A stretch of DNA of 64,000 nt, from assembly GCA_964016885.1 (NCBI GenBank), contig OZ024741.1, positions 279,992,001 to 280,056,000 on the forward strand, read 5' to 3'. The translations under genes and the position numbers were made by a program. The notes below the pieces were generated by a model, which saw nothing but the letters and a program-made list of their open reading frames with translations, was not told the DNA's origin and did not search any database. Origin of the DNA: Eledone cirrhosa. Lineage: Eukaryota. Every line of letters begins with the position of its first letter. Positions within the stretch are counted from its first letter, which is position 1. Below, piece by piece: positions 1 through 12,037 of this stretch.

Positions 1-224
1 TCAGAGTTTTCCTTCTCCTAGAATTCTGCCTTGACTAAGGCTAAAGGGGTCATCTCTCCCGGTGATTTTGGATGGCCATTGACTCTTAAGAGCTCCTTTG
101 CCCTTTGACAGGTTTTGTTTTTAGTCCTGCAGGATGTCCAAAGTCACCCTCCTCACCAAGAAACCTTGGTGGGGTTGCCAGTTTAGTCGCCAACGACCCG
201 ACCATGAGACAGGTTGTACTGGGA
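1..224. mobile_element. Probable interspersed-repeat (retroelement) fragment ending in a (TACA)n tail
   Basis: GC-richer block running directly into (TACA)n at 225; no coding motif recognised; family not identified. Confidence 0.35.
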
Positions 225-2643
225 TACATACATACATACATGTATATATACATACATACATACATACATACATGTATATATATACATACATATATATATA
301 TATATACATACATACATACATACATATATACATACATACATACATATATATATACATACATACATACATATATATATACATACATACATATATACATACA
401 TACATACATATATATATACATACATACATATATATATACATACATACATATATATATACATACATACATACATATATACATACATACATACATGTATATA
501 TATACATACATACATACATGTATATATATATATACATACATACATGTATATATATATATACATACATACATGTATATATATACATACATACATACATGTA
601 TATATATACATACATACATACATGTATATATATACATACATACATACATGTATATATATACATACATACATGTATATATATATATACATACATACATGTA
701 TATATATACATACATACATACATGTATATATATACATACATACATGTATATATATATATACATACATGTATATATATATATACATACATACATGTATATA
801 TATATATACATACATACATGTATATATATATATACATACATACATGTATATATATATATATACATACATACATGTATATATATATATATACATACATACA
901 TGTATATATATATATATACATACATACATGTATATATATATATATACATACATACATGTATATATATATACATACATACATGTATATATATATACATACA
1001 TACATGTATATATATATATACATACATACATGTATATATATATATACATACATACATGTATATATATATATATATACATACATGTATATATATATATATA
1101 CATACATGTATATATATATATATACATACATGTATATATATATATACATACATACATGTATATATATATATACATACATACATGTATATATATATATATA
1201 CATACATGTATATATATATATATACATACATGTATATATATATATACATACATGTATATATATATACATACATACATGTATATATATATATACATACATA
1301 CATGTATATATATATATACATACATACATGTATATATATATATATACATACATGTATATATATATATATACATACATGTATATATATATACATACATACA
1401 TGTATATATATATATACATACATACATGTATATATATATATACATACATACATGTATATATATATATACATACATGTATATATATATATACATACATACA
1501 TACATGTATATATATATATACATACATACATACATGTATATATATATATACATACATACATACATGTATATATATATATACATACATACATACATGTATA
1601 TATATACATACATACATACATGTATATATATATATACATACATACATGTATATATATATATACATACATACATGTATATATATATATACATACATACATG
1701 TATATATATATACATACATACATGTATATATATATACATACATACATGTATATATATATACATACATACATGTATATATATATACATACATACATGTATA
1801 TATATATACATACATACATGTATATATATACATACATACATGTATATATATACATACATACATGTATATATATATACATACATACATGTATATATATATA
1901 CATACATACATGTATATATATATACATACATACATGTATATATATATACATACATACATGTATATATATATACATACATGTATATATATATACATACATA
2001 CATGTATATATATATACATACATACATGTATATATATATACATACATACATGTATATATATATACATACATACATGTATATATATATACATACATACATG
2101 TATATATATATACATACATACATGTATATATATATACATACATACATGTATATATATATACATACATACATGTATATATATATACATACATACATGTATA
2201 TATATATACATACATACATGTATATATATATACATACATACATGTATATATATATACATACATACATGTATATATATATACATACATACATGTATATATA
2301 TATACATACATACATGTATATATATATACATACATACATGTATATATATATACATACATACATGTATATATATATACATACATACATGTATATATATATA
2401 CATACATACATGTATATATATATACATACATACATGTATATATATATACATACATACATGTATATATATATACATACATACATGTATATATATATACATA
2501 CATACATGTATATATATATACATACATACATGTATATATATATACATACATACATGTATATATATATACATACATACATGTATATATATATACATACATA
2601 CATGTATATATATATACATACATACATGTATATATATATACAT
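225..2643. repeat. (TACA)n/(TA)n-derived minisatellite, homogenised to a 24-bp unit TATATATATATACATACATACATG
   Basis: Direct reading: variable-length units up to about 1980, then about 27 exact 24-bp copies at 1981-2628. Confidence 0.95.
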
Positions 2644-2732
2644 ACCCACCCTTACGACCTCTGTGTTTACTAAAGCACACACACACACGCGCAGCACACA
2701 CGTATATATATATACGCGAGCGCGTGTGTATG

Positions 2733-2764
<32 letters not shown>

Positions 2765-2817
2765 CATGTACATATATATATATACATGTATATATATATA
2801 CATGTATATATATATAT

Positions 2818-2848
<31 letters not shown>

Positions 2849-3401
2849 CATGTATATATATATATATACATGTATATATATATACATGTATATATATATA
2901 CATGTATATATATATACATGTATATATATATACATGTATATATATATATATACATACATACATGTATATATATATGTATATATATACATGTATATATATA
3001 TACATGTATATATATATACATGTATATATATATACATGTATATATATATATATACATACATACATGTATATATATATATATACATGTATATATATATATA
3101 TATATATACATGTATATATATATATATACATACATACATGTATATATATATATATACATGTATATATATATATATATATATACATGTATATATATATATA
3201 TATATATACATGTATATATATATATATATATATACATGTATATATATATATATACATGTATATATATATACATGTATATATATATACATGTATATATATA
3301 TACATGTATATATATATACATGTATATATATATACATGTATATATATATACATGTATATATATATATACATGTATATATATATATACATGTATATATATA
3401 T

Positions 3402-3442
<41 letters not shown>

Positions 3443-4000
3443 CATACATATATATATATATATACATGTATATATATATATATACATGTATATATATATA
3501 TATACATGTATATATATATATATACATGTATATATATATATACATGTATATATATATATACATGTATATATATATATATACATGTATATATATATATATA
3601 CATGTATATATATATATACATGTATATATATATATATACATGTATATATATATATACATGTATATATATATATATATACATGTATATATATATATATATA
3701 TACATGTATATATATATATATATATACATGTATATATATATATATATATACATGTATATATATATATATATATACATGTATATATATATATATATATACA
3801 TGTATATATATATACATGTACATATATATATATATACATGTACATATATATACATGTATATATATATATATATATACACATACATACATACATGTATATA
3901 TATATATACATGTACATGTATATATATATATATACATGTATATATATATATGTACATGTATATATATATATGTATACATGTATATATATATATGTACATG

Positions 4001-4046
<46 letters not shown>

Positions 4047-4152
4047 CATTATATATATATATACATACACACGCGCTCGCGTATATATATATACGTGTGT
4101 GCTGCGCGTGTGTGTGTGTGCTTTAGTAAACACAGAGGTCGTAAGGGTGGGT
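2644..4152. repeat. Fold-back block: perfect 103-bp inverted repeats (2644-2746 / 4050-4152) enclosing a self-complementary (TA)n-CATG-(TA)n array
   Basis: ACCCACCCTTACGACCTCTGTGTTTACTAAAGC...GCGAGCGCGTGTGTATG is the exact reverse complement of 4050-4152. Confidence 0.93.
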
Positions 4153-4297
4153 TTAGATACTATGCATGTATGAAAAGCTCAAATATTCTTCCTTGTAAAC
4201 AAATCAACGGGCAAAAGTAAAACTATAAACAATGATGAATGTTTTTTAAAAAAAGGCTTGAGTTATCAGAGTCAATGATAAACTTTATGAATCAACC

Positions 4298-4552
4298 CAT
4301 TTTATATTTTGATACTTACTCTATTATATACACTTCACATTTTCATGTTTACTGTACTGTTAAATCATACATTTTATATTTTGATGTACATTGTGATACC
4401 ATATACATTTCACATTTGATGTATACTGTTATACCATATACATATTACATTTTGATGTATACTGTTATACCATATACATTTTATATTTTGATGTACACTG
4501 TAATGTCAAAAACATTTTATATTTTGATGTACACTATTATACCATATACATT
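4298..4552. repeat. 36-bp minisatellite, about 7 diverged copies (ATTTTATATTTTGATGTACACTGTGATACCATATAC-like)
   Basis: Direct reading; also seen as 12-aa periodicity (ILMYTVIPYTFY) in the ORF track. Confidence 0.85.
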
Positions 4553-5372
4553 ATTAAACTTACTCATCAAATCTGGAATAAATCAAAACATAAAAAATTT
4601 CATTATTTACATTTAGTATATATAAACAATGAACACAAAGTTCATTTAAATTATATGAAAGTTGCACAACAATGCTGTAATCTCAAGTCACACATTTTAC
4701 TCATTAAAATTTTAGACAACTGTCTCGCAGAACGTGTCATTCTGATCATTATGCTATCTCAAGACTGCTTTTGTATTGCTATATTGTTATAATTATATGT
4801 TGCAAGTCTCATTTGATTTGCATTTATCAATTCTGAGTAAAGATAGCAATTCACACATAAGATTTGGTAAGTTGCTCAAAGATATAGTAGACATATCTTA
4901 AAATTATAAAATGTACTTAGTGAGCCTCATAGTATTGCTATTTGTTTAAATGGCATGAAATTCTAATAAACTATATATATATATATATATATGGAAGTCC
5001 GCTTGGATTTTCCGTTTATTCTGGAGCTTGAAACTGCGGTATATAGTAAGTACAGCAAATTTTAAAAAATTTATTTTAAAACTTTTTCTCAATTTGCTAA
5101 ACCTTGAGAGGAAATTGAGTATATATCTTCTCCCAATTAGCATAATCAACCACACAAAAAAACCAATTAAACCAGGCTATAAGATTAAAAAGCACATGTG
5201 AAGAAATAATAGATAAATAAACGATAGCCATTTATTCGCGACCAACAGCCATAGAATATTTACCCATCATTTCAATAGCACGTGGAAATCGATTAAATAT
5301 ATCGTCAACCATACACAATTAGGTATAAAATTAAAGTTAGAAGAAAAAATACATATACACATACCAGGATTA

Positions 5373-5455
5373 CGTTTCTACCCTTAGGGTTTCGTTCGCT
5401 TTCAGAAATATCCTATCAAGGATAAATTCTTGAGCTTCCAACTCATCAGGAAACA
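5373..5455 (-). ncRNA. Type I hammerhead ribozyme with extended stem II
   Basis: Minus strand reads GUUUC-CUGAUGA-[GUU..GCU..AGAA..UAUCCU-UGAU-AGGAUA..UUCU..AGC..AAC]-GAA-ACCC-UAA-GGGU-A^GAAAC. All conserved core nucleotides are present and stems I, II and III pair. Predicted cleavage after GUA, between 5379 and 5378. Confidence 0.88.
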
Positions 5456-5499
5456 ACTCACTTGGACAAAGATTTTTCTTAAATGATCCCCGCCAGAAA

Positions 5500-5580
5500 C
5501 GAATTCAAAATGGCCAAGAACTGTGACGTGGCAAAGTCAGAAAGAATGTGATTGGTGCCTTAAGGCTAGTAGGTTGGTTG
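5500..5580 (-). promoter_or_regulatory. Putative Pol II promoter of a minus-strand transcript
   Basis: YY1-like CAAAATGGCC at 5506-5515, TGACGTGG (CRE/UPRE-like) at 5524-5531, CCAAT box (minus) at 5551-5555. Downstream on the minus strand are donor matches CAA|GTGAGT (5461) and CTG|GTATGT (5364). Confidence 0.5.
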
Positions 5581-5690
5581 CTAGAAAGCGCAGCCTAATA
5601 TTGCCCAAATTGCATCTCAACCTTATGGAAGATTAGCAAATTATAAACATTTACATATACACAAACTAGACAAAGTTATCTAAATATATA

Positions 5691-7392
5691 TAGTGTTGTG
5701 CATAATTTAGAGACCACCTGCATTTTAGCTGTCATATTATTAGTAACCTTAGTACGTATACACACATGATTGCAAATATAAAACTTAATTTTTTTTTTTT
5801 TTAGATCATTGTAGACAAGTTGACCAATCACATTATTTGTTATATTTTCATATATATAATAGTGAAGGCGCATGGCTTAGTGGTTAGAGCATTGGGCTTG
5901 CAATCGAAAGGTTGTGAATTCAATTCTCGGACCGGGTGATGTGTTGCTTCCTTGAGCAAGACACTTTATTTCACATTGCTCCAGTTTACTCAGCTGTAGA
6001 AATGAGATGATAGGACTGGGGTCCCTATCATTCCACTGCAAAGTGGTCGTGGAGGTGCCACGGCAAAGAGGCACCTGGCCCACACTGTAAAGTGGACGTT
6101 TAGGCGCCACGGAAAAAAAAGCACCCAGCACTCACTGTAAATGAGGTTGGTGTTAGGAAGGGCATCCAGCTGTAGAAATCAAGCCAGAATCAGTTCCAGT
6201 ATGAGCAGGACAAGGTTGGCCAACCGGACACTGCCCACAACGGGACAACACATCTAACCCATGATAGCGTAAAACTGTGATGATGATGAATAGAGCCAGT
6301 ATTTTTGAGGACTAACAGAGCTGCCATTTCAAGCAAAAAATGTGCATTAGGAAGGCTATTCCCAGTGCAAATAACTGTACGATTGGGTGTATCTAAGACT
6401 GGTGCTCAAAAAACACGTTCCCTAATGCAACAGCAGGCATTCTTAACCCAAACAAGCGACAAGGAAGACCATGCAAGATAAGTGTTCCAACAGATCACAT
6501 TATAGGCCAACTTGCAGTGTCAAAACCAACTGCTTCCAGCTCATATATCCCAACCCAACTTCCTCAGGACACAAACATATCTTCTACAATCCGACGACGC
6601 AGTGTCAAGGACTTTAACCTTTGGGCTTCTAAGCTAACAGCCAAACCTCAACTTCCAAATAAAAGCATCAAGGACCATCACTGGACTGATGCTCAATGGC
6701 TGAGGTAATGTTAAGTGATGAAACATTAATTAGACAATTTGCCCATTATAATCACCATGTAAGAAGTCCACCTGGACAGTGTTATAATTCTTGTTATGTC
6801 AAACCAACAGTTAAACATAAACAATCATTGATGGTCTGGGGATCAATAAGCATAAAGGTATGAGCTGCACAGACCATAATTCCAGCAAGAAAAACTGTAA
6901 ATGCAAACATGTATTTGGAAATCATATAAGAAAAGGTCCCATTATGGATGGAGAGGCATGGTTGCAAGATATATCAACAAGATGGTACTCCTTGCCATAG
7001 GGTAAAAACCGTTAACATTTTTTGAGAATTTGATATTGAAGTGCTGGAACCTTTGCCAGATTCAAGTCCTGTTGAAAACTGTTGGAAATTGAAGAAAGAC
7101 AAAATTTCCAAGCTAAATCCCAGCTCAATTACTGATTTACAACAAAAAAAGTCATTGTATGGACACAACACATTACTCCTGAATATTGTGCCTCTTTGGA
7201 GGAATCAATGCCTCACAGAATTGCTGCTAAAGGTCATCAAACAAAGTACTAATTTGGAATAAACAATTTGTAGCATAATGCTTTGTTGTATGCTTGTAAT
7301 AATATAGTATTTTTATCTAATATTTGCACCATGTTCAATATTAACCTAACCTAATAAAATTATTGGGGTGGTCTCTGAATTAAACAACACTG
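5691..7392 (+). mobile_element. Degenerate Tc1-like DNA transposon, interrupted by a SINE
   Basis: Imperfect TIRs (T/C)AGTGTTGT..AATT(T/C)AGAGACCACC at 5691-5718 and about 7367-7392 with TA flanks. Frameshifted transposase remnants occur in order: GRP, STIRRR, HWT..QW..SDE, PTVKH, MVWG, QQDG.PCH, PDSSPVENCW, SMP.R, TKY*. Confidence 0.85.
5864..6288 (+). mobile_element. tRNA-derived SINE, family A (CORE-like centre, (GAT)n tail)
   Basis: A-box TGGCTTAGTGG, B-box-like GTGAATTCAATTC, CCTTGAGCAAGACACTTT core and GATGATG tail; close inverted copy at 20478-20810. Confidence 0.85.
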
Positions 7393-7394
7393 TA

Positions 7395-7729
7395 CAGTGG
7401 AACCTCAGTTCATGAACTTATTTCTTTCCTGAAGGCCGTTTGTCACCCGAAATGTTCGTAAACAAACTATTTTTCAAAAAAGAAATGTTTGGAAATAAAT
7501 ACAGTGAGAGATAGAATGTGACAGACAGATAGATATCACCATAGTAACTAATTACACAGCAAGTGATGCTTTCTTGCCAATACTCCAAGCTTGGTGCCAA
7601 CCATTGTTGGTGGCTTGCATGTTCATTACTCGAGACACAGTTCATGAACCAAGTCATTTTATGTTCTAAAAAATTGTTTGTGAACCGATTTATTCGTGAT
7701 GAGAGGCCTTGTGAACTGAGGTTCCACAG
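7395..7729. mobile_element. pogo/Tigger-like MITE
   Basis: TIR CAGTGGAACCTCAGTTCA at 7395 matches TGAACTGAGGTTCCACAG ending at 7729; preceded by TA. Confidence 0.75.
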
Positions 7730-8854
7730 TTTTGAAAAAATATTTTTTGTTAATTTTTTACTAGGTTTAAACCGTATGAGAGGAGAAAAATTTATAAGGG
7801 CGTCAGCAGTGCAATTGAAGTGAAACTGAAATAACTAAGAATCAAAACCTAATCATGGTATCGATTTGACAGGAGCTTATCTTGTGCTATGCAGTAAATA
7901 CTATAGATGAACAACAGCAAACAGAATATATTAATGAAGGTAGAATGATTAAATAATCAAATAGCTTTTGTTATCTTTAATATACAAGACTCATTGTTTT
8001 TTGAAAGAGTCAGGTTCACCACTAATTAAACATATGTAGTAATTGCTGTTATTTACTTTGCTCTCTCACTGTTTGGTTATGCATATCAAAGTCCTTTATC
8101 AAATTCTTGTGATTTGTTCTCTGATCTATGCTGAATCTGTTCAGTTTTTAAACAATCGATTCTTATATGCGTAGGCAGTGTTTATTTTTTTTCTTTATTG
8201 ATGTCAGCTTTGTAGTGACAATTAGGTTGTTAGAATTAAACCTTTTATAAACCGGAGATGAAAAGTTGGGAGTGAAAATAAACAAATAATGGGTATTTTT
8301 CTTTCAAAATAGCTGATATTACTTATAGTATTTAAGATTCTATACATTGTTTTTCACTGCGTAGAAACATTTTATGTATTTAGTAAAATAGAACCAGATT
8401 TTTTCCTTCAAAAGAGTAGAGCTGCCTTTAGTACAAAATCAACAACTATAAACTTCCATAAGCTTTACAATTCTTGACTAAGCCCTTTATTTTGCTGCCA
8501 GTTCCTCAGTTATTTATCAAATATCTAATGTGCACTCTGGTGTATTATTTATAAATTTACTTCTTGCTCTCAAACTGGAAGCTTCCATTGTGAATCATTT
8601 AAACTTTTAGCCATTCAAAAAACATACAAAAGTTATTCATTACATTCTGTTCAGTTATATTGTTGGGTGTGTATCCAGTTTAGAATAGGTACACCTTATC
8701 TCTGCATTTCATAAGTAGCAATTAAAGGGGTTAATATCAGAAAGGAAGTCCAGCTGCAAAACACTGCCCCTCAAAAGTCCCATCCAACCCATGCCAGCAT
8801 GGAAAAGTTGATGTCAAAATAATGATGATGATACAACTTCATTATTATTATTTT

Positions 8855-9045
8855 CAGTGGATTGGCAGTATAGGTAGAGGGTCGGACGCCTTGCTTTCCA
8901 GCATAGTTACGTCCCTTTACGATCTGAGTTCAAATCCCGCCGAGGTTGACTTTGCCTTTCATCCTTACGGGGTCGATAAAATAAAGTACCAGTAATGCAC
9001 TGGATAATTGCTGGCCTTGTGCCTAAAGTAGAAACAATTATTGTT
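8855..9045 (+). mobile_element. SINE family B (tRNA-like head, MetaSINE-like central domain, (ATT)n tail)
   Basis: B-box GAGTTCAAATCC followed by CTTTGCCTTTCATCCTTACGGGGTCGATAAAATAAAGTACCAG. Other copies at about 21875-22070(+), 43930-44060(-), 44140-44355(-), 46340-46480(+), 47740-47915(-), 49975-50140(+), 52250-52390(-), 56590-56730(+), 58075-58295(-), 60280-60455(-). Confidence 0.85.
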
Positions 9046-9059
9046 ATTTTCAGTAATGA

Positions 9060-9096
<37 letters not shown>

Positions 9097-9220
9097 ATAG
9101 GCTTTGATAGGATTTAAAGGTTAAACAAGATGAACACAGTAGTCATAGGTAAAAAGAAGAGACAGAAATGAAATGTTTACATAATGCAATAATTGACATC
9201 AAAGTCATGTGATCATTTGT

Positions 9221-9422
9221 TTAACCCTTTTGAAACCAACCCGACAAAAACCGCCTTTAGTTTAATGAAACAAAACTACCTATTTTAAAGAGTTCCTATT
9301 TAGGTCAAAACCTTTCAACATACAATTTCTTACTTTTAATTTTTTTAAATCTCTCTAAACACTTCAATAATTAATTAAAATATTATCTATTTCATTAATA
9401 ATAATAGTAACAAAAGGGATAA
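9221..9422. mobile_element. piggyBac-like MITE (degenerate)
   Basis: TTAA-CCCTTTTG...CAAAAGGG-ATAA ends; similar to 61611-61849 in the opposite orientation. Confidence 0.55.
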
Positions 9423-9504
9423 TTCTTAACTGAAACTGCATTAGCAAGACATTCTTGAAAAGTACAAAACAGCTATAATGGCTGCATCATATAAAAATTT
9501 AAGT

Positions 9505-9810
9505 GAAGGCTTGTGGCTTTGTGGTTAGGGTATTCAGTTCACAATTGTAAGGTTGAGTTCAATTGCTGGCTGCACGCTGTGTCCTTGAGCAAGACACTTT
9601 ATTTCACGTTGCTCTAGTCCTCTCAGCTGGCAAAATATGAGTTGTACCTGTAATTCAAAGGTCCAGCCTTATCACATTCTGTGTCATGCTGAATCTCCCC
9701 GAGAACCATGTTAAGGATACATGTGTCTGTGAAATGCTCAGCCACTTGCATGTTAATTCGTTGATAATATCAACTGGAACACTCATCATCATAACCAACG
9801 GAGTGCCACT
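9505..9810 (+). mobile_element. SINE family A variant with a different 3' half
   Basis: Same head and core as 5864 (GTGGTTAG..GTCCTTGAGCAAGACACTTTATTTCAC); 3' part shared with copies at about 53320-53650 and 54965-55220. Confidence 0.7.
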
Positions 9811-12037
9811 ACTTTTATCAAAAAATTTGGTTAAGTTATGTTCCAAACACCAGAGAAATAAGAAATTTAGTCATATTACTGAATCTCTCAAAATCCTTGA
9901 TTATTTTCAAAATTATTTGAAAAACCAAAGGCATTGTCTTTCATAAAAAATATGCTAACAAATGTATTAAAAGATTAAAATCTCAACAGAATAGCAACTA
10001 GATGGTTAGTGTTACCAGAGATGTATATAACAGAGCAGAGAAATGTTGCTGGATATTATAATAGGTTGCAGAAAGAAGGAAAAAAAAAACACACACACAC
10101 ACACACACAATCACAAGAGATTTTAAATATAATTATGTAATCAAACCAAACCTACTCTGAAATGAGTGACGTAACCAATACTTTTCAGTTAAAAAAAAAA
10201 ATACGATGCTCAATCCAAAATTTCTATGACCACAACTACAAATTTAAAACTGATATGTAGCTGCCAGCTTCAAAGTATTTGCAGCCCCAAGGAGTTTCAA
10301 GTAACTTACAGTGTCCCATTTTTGTCTGGTTACAAGTTATATTTTACTTAACGCTAGTTAAGTCAATAATGACCTGCTTGGGTTTTGCTATATTTATGTA
10401 CAGGTCAGTATAATTGATGCACCAGGTGAACTTTAGAAGTGTGAATCATTATTTTCTATGAACTGGCCCATCTCAATTGTATTACAAACAAGCTTCACTA
10501 TATGATTATAATTGAATGGCACAGCAATGTATGTATAGCAAGACTAGGGAATAATGAGCTCAGAATATAGCCCTGTAATATTTGTGTACTTATTTTTAGA
10601 AGATATATAACCACCAACTTTTAATTATGGACAAAAAAAAAAAAGAAAAAGAATTGGAAGATTCCTTTGTAGGTAAAATGATTTACTTTTGGTGACTGAT
10701 GTATATTCTAGAAAATGCACCACTACATAGTGCCTATGTCCAAGTATATATATGCTTTGTGAAGTGTTTGGAGATCTACTCAATAAACACACTGTAAAAT
10801 GGTTGGTGGTAAGGAGGGCATCCAGTCATAGAAAACTTGCGAAACAAAAGGTTGGAAGGACCCTCAGTTGTGTCAAAGACATGACAACCTGCCCTGTGTA
10901 CTTGGTAGAACATCTGACCATAAATAAGCGAAACGACAGATCCCTGGCATGTCTGGGAGATCGGTAGTTACTGCTTCAGTACTGACTTGGTATTGTAGAC
11001 CTGTCCAACCCTTGCTAGCAGAGAATGCGGACATTAAAATGGTGATGATGATGAAGACTCAACCAGAATACGCCACTTGTGTTTGTATATTTTTTATATA
11101 TCTCTGTAACTCCTTAAAATTGACTTACACAAACATACATACAATGTATTTCCTATATTAACCACATTGCTACAATAAGATTGCTTTACAATCACAAGTT
11201 CCTGGATTCTAACCTTAGAGTAAATAATTATTTTCCCAAATTTACTCATACATTTAATCCTGTATGTCATTTATATATATATGCTGAATATTTATGTAAT
11301 TTTATCATGGAAATAAATTATTAAAATAACATTCTTATGATTAATCACTTCCACATGTCAGTAATCAACAGAAAGTATAGATTTATTGAAAATTTAGAAG
11401 AGTCAACATATTTTATTTTACTGTGAAAAATAGTCTAACAAATTGAACATAAAAACCCTTGAACTAGCTGTCAACTTTTTTCTGTCCAGGGGCCAATTTG
11501 TTATAAAAAAATATATATATTGAAGCTTCTAAATTTTCAGTAAATTCTGCTCGTTTCTAAATATAAATCATAAACTATAGGGTAACACAAATTTCCCAGT
11601 TAGTATGATTGTCCATATATTTGACATGCCAATCCTGAACGCCAAAAATTATATACTTTCAATGCTACTGTCATCATTATTAATGGTACTGGTTCACTCG
11701 TAACTAATAATGGAGGCTGAAGAAGTCAATTTTCCCCTATGTAAACTGTAAGGGATGGTAATTATTGGTGACTTTATAGAAGTGCTATGACTAGGAACTC
11801 TAGCCATCTTACTTGGAAGAATGTTAGAGCAATCAGATGAAACATATTTTAGCATATTACTGAGGATATTTTAGATGTAAATAAAGCTAAAAATCCACAT
11901 CCAATCCTTTAACTCTTAATGTCCTGTACCTCACGAAACTGCATACCAGCTATCAACTAACAGTACTTTTCTATTACAGCATACCTTAGTTTTCTAAAAA
12001 TTAACTCTTGACATCCTCTACCACATGAAATAGTAGT

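Noticed and set aside
86-4220. Very long ORFs (up to 1371 aa) in all six frames
   Set aside because: Translations of stop-free (TA/CA/TG)n satellite giving Y/I/H/T/C/M/V-only repeats; not genes
5864-5940. tRNA gene
   Set aside because: A/B boxes are present but there is no full cloverleaf and the sequence continues into a SINE body with dispersed copies
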